A program made the position numbers and the translations under genes. From an uncultured Actinomycetota bacterium (lineage in GTDB: Bacteria > Actinomycetota > Aquicultoria > CAYFWW01): a stretch of 64,000 bases of DNA. Positions 43,246 to 52,368 of the stretch are shown here, one piece after another (positions within the stretch are counted from its first letter, which is position 1; each line of letters opens with the position of its first letter). Location of the stretch: NCBI GenBank assembly GCA_964346985.1, contig CAYFWW010000048.1, forward strand, positions 291 to 64,290. Reading direction: 5' to 3'. The notes beneath the pieces were generated by a model. That model had not been told where the DNA came from and did no database searches. It saw only the letters and a program-made list of their open reading frames with translations.

Positions 43246-43866
43246 TTATTTAGAAACTTTTACCATCGCTGGTCTTAACACTTTATCATTAAGCCTGTAA
43301 CCCTTCTGTAATACTTCAACGATGGTGTCTTCGGAGTAATCTTCAGACTCCTCCTGCATAACAGCTTCATGTAGCTCTGGGTCAAACTTTCCACCAATCG
43401 GATTAATCTCTTCCAGCCCTTCTTTTTCCAGAATCCCAAGAAATTGAGTATAAACCATTTCAATTCCTTCTTTGATTGTTTTTTCATCCTTATGGCTTTC
43501 TGCTGCAGAAATTGCTCTTTCCAAATTGTCAACAACAGGCAACAGATTGGTTATTAAACCGCATGAGGCCATTCTTAAGAAACCAGTCTGCTCTTTAATC
43601 ATTCTCTTTTTATAATTTTCAAAATCTGCTTTTAACCTTTTTAAGTCATTTAAAAGTGCCTCAGCTCTTTCTTCTTCTTCCTTGATGCGCATACTCAAAT
43701 CGTTTTCATCTTGCTTTTCAGGAGTTTTACTCCCATTCTCTTCATCTCCTGAAATCTCAGTCTCTATACAACCTTCATCAACATTATTCTCATTTTTCGA
43801 AAGATCTATTTCGTTTTGTTTAATTTCTCCAGATTCTTTATTTCCGTTTTGTTTTTTCTTTCCCAT
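43246..43866 (-). CDS. grpE: Nucleotide exchange factor GrpE
   Basis: GrpE family with acidic N-terminus. Confidence 0.9.
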   Translation of the reverse strand: MGKKKQNGNKESGEIKQNEIDLSKNENNVDEGCIETEISGDEENGSKTPEKQDENDLSMRIKEEEERAEALLNDLKRLKADFENYKKRMIKEQTGFLRMASCGLITNLLPVVDNLERAISAAESHKDEKTIKEGIEMVYTQFLGILEKEGLEEINPIGGKFDPELHEAVMQEESEDYSEDTIVEVLQKGYRLNDKVLRPAMVKVSK

Positions 43867-43913
43867 CTTTAGATTAACCCCTTAATTAGCAGGAAGGGCT
43901 ATCATCAACCTCC

Positions 43914-44390
43914 TTATGATTTTTTGCTCTTTTTATTTTCAATTTCCACTTTTATTTTCTTAGGTTTTTCCTTTTCTAACTTGGGTATATTAACTTTTAA
44001 CAAACCATCTTCGTATTTGGCTTTAACGGTTTCCTTGTTAACATATTCCGGCAAAGAAATTATTCTTTCAAATAAACCGTATCTACGCTCAAGACGATGA
44101 TAGTTTTCTTCGTCAATTTTCTCAGTGAATTTTCTTTCACCTTTAATTTCCAGATTTTCTCCGTCTATGGAGATATTGATATCTTCTCTTTTTAAACCCG
44201 GAATTTCTGTCTCTACTACAAAATGATCTTTATCTTCATAAATATCTACTCTCGGAGCCCATCTACCTATTGATGCTCTCTTTTGCTTTTGAGCCGAATG
44301 ATCGATCCCAAAAGTTTTTCGAAATATTTCGTTAAATTCATTCTGTACGTCCAGAAAGTCTATAAATGGATCCCATCTTTTTATTGCCAT
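43914..44390 (-). CDS. Hsp20/alpha-crystallin family small heat-shock protein
   Basis: Alpha-crystallin domain (PRVDIYEDKDHFVVETEIPG). Confidence 0.9.
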   Translation of the reverse strand: MAIKRWDPFIDFLDVQNEFNEIFRKTFGIDHSAQKQKRASIGRWAPRVDIYEDKDHFVVETEIPGLKREDINISIDGENLEIKGERKFTEKIDEENYHRLERRYGLFERIISLPEYVNKETVKAKYEDGLLKVNIPKLEKEKPKKIKVEIENKKSKKS

Positions 44391-44442
44391 TTATAAACAC
44401 CTCCAATAATTATTTATATTCTATGTTTGCAACCTTAGTTGC

Positions 44443-46332
44443 CTATTCATTTTTGTCCTTATCACTATCTTTTTCTTCTTCTTCGTCGATGATTTCATAA
44501 TCAGCTTCTTCAACTACTTCTTCTCCTTGATCTTGAGAACTTGAGCTGGTACCGCCTCCGCCACCAGCAGCACTTGCTTGAGCTTGTTGCTGTTGTTGGG
44601 TTTGCGTTTGGTAAACCTGCTCAGCTAACTTATGAGAAGCCTGCATTAAATCATCTGTCGTCTGTTTAATCTTTTCGATGTCATCGCCTTTCAGCGCTTC
44701 CTTAACATCGTTTATAGCCTTTTCAATTTTTTCCTTTTCTTCCTGTTTGAGCTTATCTCCTATTTCGCGAATTGACTTTTCGGTAGAATATACCAAGTTA
44801 TCAGCATTGTTCCTTATTTCGGCTTCTTCCTTCTTGCGTGAATCTTCTTCAGCATGAGCTTCAGCTTCCTTAATCATATCTTCTATTTCTTCATCTTTTA
44901 AGGCCGTTGTCCCGGTAATCGTTATCTTTTGTTGTTGCCCAGTACCAAGATCTTTTGCTGAGACATTGACTATACCATTGGCATCAATATCAAATGTAAC
45001 TTCAATCTGAGGCATCCCTCTAAGTGCAGGTGGTATACCAACCAGTTGAAAGCGCCCAAGGGTCTTGTTATAGGCAGCCATTTCCCGCTCACCCTGAAGG
45101 ACATGTATCTCCACACTTGTTTGATTATCTTCAGCAGTAGTAAATATTTCGCTCTTTTTAGTTGGAATTGTCGTATTTCTCTCAATCAATTTGGTAGAGA
45201 CACCGCCTTTTGTCTCAATACCCAAGGAGAGAGGAGTGACATCTAGTAAAAGGATATCTTTGACATCGCCTAAAAGCACACCTGCTTGTATTGCAGCTCC
45301 AACAGCAACAACTTCATCCGGATTAACCCCTTTATGTGGATCTTTTCCCGTTAAGTCTTTAATCAAATCATGAATAGCAGGCATTCTTGTGGCCCCGCCA
45401 ACCAGGATGATATGGTCAAGATCTTTCTTTTCTACCTTTGCATCTTTCATTGCTTGTTCGGTTGGTCCTTTGCACTTTTCAACCAAATCAGCTGTCATCT
45501 TTTGAAATTCAGATCTGTTTAAAGTCATATCCAAATGCTTTGGGCCTTCCTGATCAGCAGTTATAAAGGGCAGATTGATATTTGTAGTCATAGTTGTAGA
45601 TAATTCGCACTTGGCTTTTTCTGCAGCCTCTTTTAATCTCTGCAAAGCCATTTTATCCTGACGTAAGTCAATTCCGTTCTTTGCCTTAAAATCATCGGCC
45701 ATCCAGTCAATAATTCTCTGGTCATAATCATCGCCGCCTAAATGATTGTTTCCACTTGTTGCTTTTACCTCAAATACTCCTTCGCCAATCTCAAGGATTG
45801 AAACATCAAAAGTTCCCCCTCCTAAGTCAAAGACTAGTATTGTTTGATCATGCTCCTTGTCTAAACCATAGGCTAAAGCAGCTGCTGTTGGTTCGTTGAT
45901 TATCCTTAAAACCTCCAACCCTGCAATCTTGCCGGCATCCTTTGTTGCCTGCCGCTGACTGTCTTCAAAGTAAGCAGGAACAGTGATTACAGCCTTAGTA
46001 ATAGTTTCACCTATATAGGCTTCCGCATCCGTCTTTAATTTTTGTAAAATCATAGCTGAAATTTCCTGTGGAGAGTATTTTTTATCATCAATTTCAACTT
46101 TATGATCGGTTCCCATTTCCCTTTTTATCGAAGTAATAGTACGATCAGGATTGGTTATTGCTTGCCTTTTGGCAACTTCACCTACCAGCCGTTCACCATT
46201 TTTAGAAAAGGCCACTACAGAAGGGGTAACTCTACCCCCCTCAGCATTCTGAATAACAGTAGATTCTCCACCTTCTAATACTGCCACACAAGAATTTGTT
46301 GTACCTAAATCGATACCTATAGCTTTAGCCAT
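44443..46332 (-). CDS. dnaK: Chaperone DnaK
   Basis: [18 protein letters not shown] and the canonical Hsp70 architecture. Confidence 0.95.
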   Translation of the reverse strand: MAKAIGIDLGTTNSCVAVLEGGESTVIQNAEGGRVTPSVVAFSKNGERLVGEVAKRQAITNPDRTITSIKREMGTDHKVEIDDKKYSPQEISAMILQKLKTDAEAYIGETITKAVITVPAYFEDSQRQATKDAGKIAGLEVLRIINEPTAAALAYGLDKEHDQTILVFDLGGGTFDVSILEIGEGVFEVKATSGNNHLGGDDYDQRIIDWMADDFKAKNGIDLRQDKMALQRLKEAAEKAKCELSTTMTTNINLPFITADQEGPKHLDMTLNRSEFQKMTADLVEKCKGPTEQAMKDAKVEKKDLDHIILVGGATRMPAIHDLIKDLTGKDPHKGVNPDEVVAVGAAIQAGVLLGDVKDILLLDVTPLSLGIETKGGVSTKLIERNTTIPTKKSEIFTTAEDNQTSVEIHVLQGEREMAAYNKTLGRFQLVGIPPALRGMPQIEVTFDIDANGIVNVSAKDLGTGQQQKITITGTTALKDEEIEDMIKEAEAHAEEDSRKKEEAEIRNNADNLVYSTEKSIREIGDKLKQEEKEKIEKAINDVKEALKGDDIEKIKQTTDDLMQASHKLAEQVYQTQTQQQQQAQASAAGGGGGTSSSSQDQGEEVVEEADYEIIDEEEEKDSDKDKNE

Positions 46333-46373
46333 AATGTAATCTCTCCTTAATTAATATATATAAGTATGTTAAT

Positions 46374-46402
46374 ATTATAAAATCTAAGCCTATTATTGTC
46401 AA
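46374..46402 (-). promoter_or_regulatory. Consensus sigma70 promoter TTGACA-N17-TATAAT upstream of dnaK
   Basis: Minus strand: TTGACA (reverse complement of 46397-46402), 17-nt spacer, TATAAT (reverse complement of 46374-46379). Flanked by direct repeats TTAACATA. Confidence 0.6.
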
Positions 46403-46469
46403 ATATGTTAAATATCGACTATAAGGTAGTATTTTTTGAATTGATATTGATTGAATTATTTTTGTTTTG

Positions 46470-47612
46470 TTAAGAAGAATCTGAAGTTAAAACTTCGATG
46501 AATTTCTCCCAGGATTTTTTTACGGAATTTATCTCAGAACAAGGATTTTTCACTGCTGTTTCTTTTGAAAAAAAGTCAATTATGCCACTGGCTAAAGCTT
46601 TTACATTTTTGGGGGGAATCAACCTATCGCCAGCTTCAAAGATAACTTCATCAGCTAAACCACCTACATTTGTTGTAATAACAGGAAGATTAAACTTATG
46701 AGCCTGTGGAATAATTCCGCTCTGAGACGCGGTTCGGTATGGTAAGACTATTACATCTGCTGCTCGAAAATAATAATATACCATTTCATTGGGTATATAC
46801 CTGTCTATTATTGTTACATTATTAGAAATATTTATTTCTTCTATCTGGCGAATGTATTTGTCAATGCTTTCATAAAACTCGCCAGCAATTAATAATCTTA
46901 GATTTGGAATTTTAGCTATAGCTGCCGGTAATGCATTTAATAAGTCAGATAAACCCTTGTATGCTCTTATATAACCAAAAAATAGAATTATCTTTTCGTC
47001 AACCGAAAGACCAATTTTTTGCCGGCATTCCTTTATACTGATTTCATTTTTTGCCATAAAGATTGTATAGACTGGGTGCCTAATTTTACATAATTTCGAG
47101 GCAGGTAATTCTTTGACAATTTTCTTGGCCACAAAACTCGACAGCGCTATTAAAATATCAGCTTGCCTGAGAGTTGGTTTTGTAAAGAAACTCCAGAACC
47201 AACCCATTTCATGTGATGAATAATTATGACAGATAAAAACCAATTTTTGAACATTTTTTCTTTTTAGTGAACGACAAATATAATATAGAGGTATCGATAA
47301 AAACGGGTGCCACCACTGAATAACAACAATTCTATATCCTTCCTTAATAATTTTTTTATATGTGCTCCGCCAAGTAAATGGATTAAAAGGGCTTAAGATT
47401 CTTTCTGTTTCAATCTTGAAATAGTTCTTGCTTAGATCATATTGAGTTTTTCCCGGGAAGAAAATTTTAGGATACAATATGCGGTAATTAAATATTTTAG
47501 CTTTTACATCTTTCTCCAGATTAAGAAAGTAGGATAAATGATTTGAAAAATGAGCAATTCCTCCACGATATGGATAAGCCGGGCCAATTACTGCAATCCT
47601 CTTTTTCATCAC
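46470..47612 (-). CDS. Glycosyltransferase family 4 (GT-B) protein
   Basis: C-terminal GT1/GT4 domain with EX7E-like region. Confidence 0.75.
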   Translation of the reverse strand: MMKKRIAVIGPAYPYRGGIAHFSNHLSYFLNLEKDVKAKIFNYRILYPKIFFPGKTQYDLSKNYFKIETERILSPFNPFTWRSTYKKIIKEGYRIVVIQWWHPFLSIPLYYICRSLKRKNVQKLVFICHNYSSHEMGWFWSFFTKPTLRQADILIALSSFVAKKIVKELPASKLCKIRHPVYTIFMAKNEISIKECRQKIGLSVDEKIILFFGYIRAYKGLSDLLNALPAAIAKIPNLRLLIAGEFYESIDKYIRQIEEINISNNVTIIDRYIPNEMVYYYFRAADVIVLPYRTASQSGIIPQAHKFNLPVITTNVGGLADEVIFEAGDRLIPPKNVKALASGIIDFFSKETAVKNPCSEINSVKKSWEKFIEVLTSDSS

Positions 47613-47706
47613 TTTCCCCTAGAAAGATTATATATAAAACAATAAATTAAGCATAATTATTTAGATAAAATTAATGATTGGGAAAAAATGAATAATAACC
47701 TAATTA

Positions 47707-48885
47707 TTAGGTTCTTCTTTGTAACTTATCTCTTTGTGCTATATCTATAATTTGATTGTTTCTTCTTTCAACTAGTATATCTTTTGCTGTTTTTCCCTCG
47801 TTGACAGAACTTCGGCGATCAATTCTGTATACCTGTGAAAGCACATAATCTTGAGTTTGTTTATTGTCGCTTGTGGACCTTATTAATTCAGCAATCAGCC
47901 CAGTTAAAATAATTTGGAGGCCAGTTATTAGCAAAAGTACTCCCAGCATAAGCAATGGCCTATTTCCTATGCTTTGATTAAATAAAATTTTAGCTCCGGA
48001 TAAATAAAGCAAAACTGCCGACCCAATTGAAAACAAAGATATTCCAAATAAGCCAAAAAGATGTAAGGGTCGTCCATAATAACGAGAGATCATAACGACT
48101 GTAAATAAATCCATAAATCCTCTATAGAAACGATTATATCCATATTTAGAATGCCCGTGGACCCTAGGATGGTGCTTCACTGGAACCTCAGTAATAATAT
48201 AACCTTTGTAGGCTGCCAATACTGGGAAAAAACGATGCATCTCACCATAGCAATGTGGAATAAGGTTTCTTATCACATTCCACCGATATGCCTTTAGACC
48301 AGAGTTTATATCGTGCAAATTCACTCTGGATAATTTGCGCTCCATATAATTAAATACTTTAGAAGGAAATGTTTTAGAAACCGGATCTTGCCGCTCCTTT
48401 TTCCAACCAACGACCACATCATAACCTTCTTCAATCTTCTGAATCAGTTTAGGTATTTCAGCTGGCTCATCTTGAAGGTCTGCATCCATAGTGACAATGA
48501 TATTACCCGTTGCAAAAGTAAATCCGCTAGCAAAAGCTGACGCTTTTCCAAAGTTGCGTCTATGCCTTAAAAGTTTTACTTCCTCATCCTTAGAGGCTAT
48601 TTCAGTCAAAATCAACCAAGAATTATCTGTTGAACCATCATCAATAAAAATTATTTCTGCATTTAATCCTAATAGATTGATGGTATCCTTCATTTTTTTA
48701 TATAGCGGCCGAAGGTTCTCCGCCTCATTTAGAAGTGGGATAACTATCGATAAGTCTAGTGGTTTTTTCAAACCTTCTTCCTCTGGGTACTGTATTCTTA
48801 TGTTATTTAAGTGTGATTTCAAGAAGGACTCCTTGTTTTCTTTTATATTTTTCTCACCCATTATATTCGTCAGATATTGAATCAA
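47707..48885 (-). CDS. GT2 polyprenyl-phosphate hexose synthase (Dpm1/GtrB/ArnC-like) with C-terminal TM helices
   Basis: LSIVIPLLNEAENL...IFIDDGSTD...DADLQD GT-A motifs, followed by 2-3 TM helices. Confidence 0.8.
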   Translation of the reverse strand: MIQYLTNIMGEKNIKENKESFLKSHLNNIRIQYPEEEGLKKPLDLSIVIPLLNEAENLRPLYKKMKDTINLLGLNAEIIFIDDGSTDNSWLILTEIASKDEEVKLLRHRRNFGKASAFASGFTFATGNIIVTMDADLQDEPAEIPKLIQKIEEGYDVVVGWKKERQDPVSKTFPSKVFNYMERKLSRVNLHDINSGLKAYRWNVIRNLIPHCYGEMHRFFPVLAAYKGYIITEVPVKHHPRVHGHSKYGYNRFYRGFMDLFTVVMISRYYGRPLHLFGLFGISLFSIGSAVLLYLSGAKILFNQSIGNRPLLMLGVLLLITGLQIILTGLIAELIRSTSDNKQTQDYVLSQVYRIDRRSSVNEGKTAKDILVERRNNQIIDIAQRDKLQRRT

Positions 48886-49047
48886 CCAATATCAAAAATC
48901 ATTATAACACTAATTGTGTTTATTTGCACACATTTTTTTATATTATTAACTATTCAATATATTTTTTCATCATCCTAAAGGATTACATATACTATTTCAA
49001 AAAAAACTGTGTTAAACTTTAAATCTTATATATATTAAAAACTATAA

Positions 49048-50232
49048 ATGATGGAAGATATATCAAAAAAAACAAAAAAAATCAAGATTATATTCCTGGG
49101 ACGATATATAGTCTATATTTTATTGGCCCTTTTAATTTTATCTATCCCCCTTACCATTATCCTTAATGGTGGTGATAGCAATAAAAGAATGGGCTTAAAC
49201 ATCATAAATGAAATAAGAAAAAAAGTGAAACCCCGACCTATAGCCAAGAAAGTAGAACCTCTCGAAAATATGGTATATTTTGGTGTCTACCAAGAAGATG
49301 CTCCCTTTAAAATAAAAGACCTAGATGATTTTCAAAAGAAATCCGGAAAAGAAGTTTCCATCTTGATGTGGTATCAGCCATGGTCAGATTCTGGACGCAA
49401 TATCTTCGATCAAAAGGTTGTCGACTTCTTGATTAAAAAGGGTGTGACTCCGATGATTTCCTGGGAACCATGGGACCCAGGAAGTGATCCTAAAAAATTA
49501 AAGAATCCTGCCAGTCAACCTAAATACAGGCTTAAAAACATAATAAATGGTAATTTCGATTCCATAATTAAAACATGGGCAAGAGATATTAAAAGCTACG
49601 GGGGGCCAATAATGCTTAGGCCGCTTCATGAAATGAATGGGACTTGGTATCCATGGGGAGGGCCAGTAAACAGCAATCAGCCTGAAGAATTCATTGAAGC
49701 ATGGAGACACATCTATAATATTTTTAAAAAAGAGGGAGCAACAAATGTAACCTGGGTTTGGAGTGTAAATAACCAAAGCGTTCCTGCCGAGAAATGGCAT
49801 AAAATTTCTATTTATTATCCGGGGGACGAATATGTTGACTGGACTTCAATTAGTGGTTTTAATTGGGGAACGTCAAGTGAATGGAGCAAATGGAAAACAT
49901 TTAATGAAGGTTATATTGATATTATTAACGAACTTTCTAATATTAAAAAGCCTATTATTATCTCAGAAATAGGCTGTGTAGAAAATGGTGGGGATAAATC
50001 TAAATGGATAATTGAAGCATTCCAAAATATTAAAGAAAAATACCCAGGAATAAAAGGTATAATTTGGTATAACCGTAGAGATTCAAAAAATCAGGACTGG
50101 AGGTTTGATACTTCAACCGATAGTGCTATAGCTTTTCGTCAAGCAATCAGTGATCCATATTTCTCAAATCAGACTACCCCTGCCTTAAAAGACTTTCTTA
50201 GAAGATGGATAGGCACGTCTATCAAGAAATAA
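49048..50232 (+). CDS. GH26-like (clan GH-A, beta-mannanase-type) glycoside hydrolase, N-terminal membrane anchor
   Basis: RPLHEMNGTWYPWGG (acid/base region), WVWSVN, YYPGDEYVDW and IISEIGC (nucleophile region). Confidence 0.7.
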   Translation: MMEDISKKTKKIKIIFLGRYIVYILLALLILSIPLTIILNGGDSNKRMGLNIINEIRKKVKPRPIAKKVEPLENMVYFGVYQEDAPFKIKDLDDFQKKSGKEVSILMWYQPWSDSGRNIFDQKVVDFLIKKGVTPMISWEPWDPGSDPKKLKNPASQPKYRLKNIINGNFDSIIKTWARDIKSYGGPIMLRPLHEMNGTWYPWGGPVNSNQPEEFIEAWRHIYNIFKKEGATNVTWVWSVNNQSVPAEKWHKISIYYPGDEYVDWTSISGFNWGTSSEWSKWKTFNEGYIDIINELSNIKKPIIISEIGCVENGGDKSKWIIEAFQNIKEKYPGIKGIIWYNRRDSKNQDWRFDTSTDSAIAFRQAISDPYFSNQTTPALKDFLRRWIGTSIKK

Positions 50233-50278
50233 AAAGAAGCTATTAATTCTCTAGATTGAATCAATTCTTAAAAAAAGT

Positions 50279-50659
50279 TTATTTATCTGGAAATTTTGAA
50301 ATGATTTCTTGTGGTGAAAAATTAGTTTGCCTTATTACTTCTAAAAACTTCTCAATATGGTTTAAGCTAATATCGGGAGGATTATAAGTAAATACTTCCG
50401 GTAATTCCTTCCCTTGTGATATTTTTTGGAGAACATTCTTTTTAATCAATTCGTCTACCGATTTTTCTAAATCCTTCTTGTCTCGACCTAAGAATACTGA
50501 CAATCTTTCCACTGTAAATAATGTATAAGGATTATAATGATAAAACTTAATCAGCTCCCAGCTTATATTTGAATCACCCAGATAAGCAACGTATTTTCTG
50601 ACAGACTCATCTATGTTGTTTACAAGTTCTATTACTTTTTTACCTCTTTCGTTTTTCAC
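50279..50659 (-). CDS. Hypothetical small protein, translationally coupled partner of the KaiC-like ATPase
   Basis: 126 aa, no recognisable motif; 4-nt overlap with the upstream ATPase gene. Confidence 0.4.
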   Translation of the reverse strand: MKNERGKKVIELVNNIDESVRKYVAYLGDSNISWELIKFYHYNPYTLFTVERLSVFLGRDKKDLEKSVDELIKKNVLQKISQGKELPEVFTYNPPDISLNHIEKFLEVIRQTNFSPQEIISKFPDK

Positions 50660-51405
50660 AGTTTTTTCTCCGGCATCATAATTAACCTAGAGGAACCTGA
50701 TAGGATATTTTCTCTATTAATAAATTTATCTTTAATTAAAAAACCATTATTTCCAATCTCATAGCTTAAAATATCTAGACTGTGAGTGCTTCCCCTAATC
50801 TTCAATGCAACCATGGCCATGTCTATCTTACTGCCTGCTTCGACGTACTGCAGAAAAAAAACATTATCAACTGCATAAGCCAAAGGCGAATTAAGCAAAT
50901 TCTCATGGCTAAACAGTCTTGGTACATCATAAGTATAAACTGAAGTTAAATTTAATCTTCTGCAGCTATTTAATATACTATTATAATGATTTCTTAAAGA
51001 GAACGGTTCTTTATATAACATTTTTAAATTGGAAATAGAATCAAAGGCAATTATTTCAGGATTATTTTCATCAACTATCCTATCAAAAAAGCCCCCTGTT
51101 TTCTCCAATTCCATTTGAAGAATTTCTGGGGAAGTAAAAATAATCTTCAATTTCTTTTCATCTTCAAGCCGTCGGAAATCCCAACCAAAATTTAATGCAT
51201 CACGATATATAATTTCAGGAAATTCCTCAAATGTTACCAGTATTGCCGGGGAATTTGAATAGATAGCTCCATTATAAAGAAACTGTAGGCACATAGTTGT
51301 TTTGCCTGTTACTGGAGGTCCTGCAATCAAAGTAGTACTTTTACGATGAAACCCGCCGCCTATAATACTATCGAGTTTCTTTATACCAGTAGATATTTTA
51401 TCCAT
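50656..51405 (-). CDS. KaiC/RadA-like single-domain RecA-superfamily ATPase (COG0467-like)
   Basis: Walker A GPPVTGKT, Walker B IIAFDSIS; KaiC-domain-like architecture. Confidence 0.6.
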   Translation of the reverse strand: MDKISTGIKKLDSIIGGGFHRKSTTLIAGPPVTGKTTMCLQFLYNGAIYSNSPAILVTFEEFPEIIYRDALNFGWDFRRLEDEKKLKIIFTSPEILQMELEKTGGFFDRIVDENNPEIIAFDSISNLKMLYKEPFSLRNHYNSILNSCRRLNLTSVYTYDVPRLFSHENLLNSPLAYAVDNVFFLQYVEAGSKIDMAMVALKIRGSTHSLDILSYEIGNNGFLIKDKFINRENILSGSSRLIMMPEKKL

Positions 51406-51480
51406 ATCCCCGATTTAGATTATATATTTATTATAAATTATATAGCAAAATCATTTTTAAGTTAAAATATTATTGTAATT

Positions 51481-52071
51481 ATGATTAAGAATTATAATAA
51501 TCTACTTAAGAATAAAGTAAAGAGCGAGCTCGCCTATTTAAATAATAAATTGGATAAAATTTCATCAAAGTGGAGGGGGACGGGGCCTGTAATCCAAGCC
51601 GGAAACCCTATGGCAAGTTTATTTTTATTAGTAGAAATTCCTGTTTTAACCTCGGATGGCAAAGCAGAACTACTTTCAAATCAAGCAAAGAAAGCCTTAT
51701 ATTCATCTCTCGAAAGATTAAATATTAGCAAAGAATACATCTACATTAGTTCACTATATAAGTTCTATTTCGATTCCGGTTTTAAGCCTGGAATCCAAGG
51801 CTTAAATAATCTTAAGGAGCTTTTAGAACTTGAGATATCAATAATAGAACCCGAAGTGCTGATTGGATTTCACCCAAATGTAACTAAATGGCTTAAAGAT
51901 ATCTATCAGAATAATTTCCAATTACATCAAGGCAAAGATAAAAATTGCTTACTGCGTGGTGAGACAATCTATTTTGAAACTGTAAGTTTTGAAGAAGCTT
52001 TAAAGGATATTAATCAAAAAAGGAGGCTTTGGAAAGTATTAGTTAAAGTCGCTAAACTAATACTTGATTAG
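51481..52071 (+). CDS. Divergent UDG-superfamily (family 4/5-like) protein with non-canonical motifs
   Basis: Architecture matches UDG family 4: GTGP..A...FLLVE.P (motif A region; GEAPG replaced by EIPVL) and GFHPN (motif B HPS-like). Confidence 0.35.
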   Translation: MIKNYNNLLKNKVKSELAYLNNKLDKISSKWRGTGPVIQAGNPMASLFLLVEIPVLTSDGKAELLSNQAKKALYSSLERLNISKEYIYISSLYKFYFDSGFKPGIQGLNNLKELLELEISIIEPEVLIGFHPNVTKWLKDIYQNNFQLHQGKDKNCLLRGETIYFETVSFEEALKDINQKRRLWKVLVKVAKLILD

Positions 52072-52079
52072 AACTTAGA

Positions 52080-52262
52080 TTATCCTTTCAGTTCTATGCA
52101 CTCCATCGTACATTCATCTACGCATTGCTCACAACCATCACAATCATTTGTTCTCACAGGAATACATATATCACCATCAAATTCATACACTTCATTTGGG
52201 CAAATATCAACACAAACTCCACAACCTGAACATTCACCAAAATCGACAACCGGTTTCGTCAT
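52080..52262 (-). CDS. 4Fe-4S ferredoxin (2 x CxxCxxCxxxCP)
   Basis: CSGCGVCVDICP and CDGCEQCVDEC clusters. Start set at MTKP (52260-52262), which follows a GGGA RBS. Confidence 0.75.
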   Translation of the reverse strand: MTKPVVDFGECSGCGVCVDICPNEVYEFDGDICIPVRTNDCDGCEQCVDECTMECIELKG

Positions 52263-52368
52263 CTTTATTTCAATCCCTTTGAATAGTTTTAAAACAAGAA
52301 TATATTGTAATAGAAATCTATAATTTAACAAGCCAGCCTTTATAAAATTATCTATATTTCAAATTAAT

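Noticed and set aside
46333-46470. CIRCE (HrcA) or HAIR (HspR) operator upstream of dnaK
   Set aside because: Neither inverted-repeat consensus is present; only direct TTAACATA repeats were found (reported as a finding).
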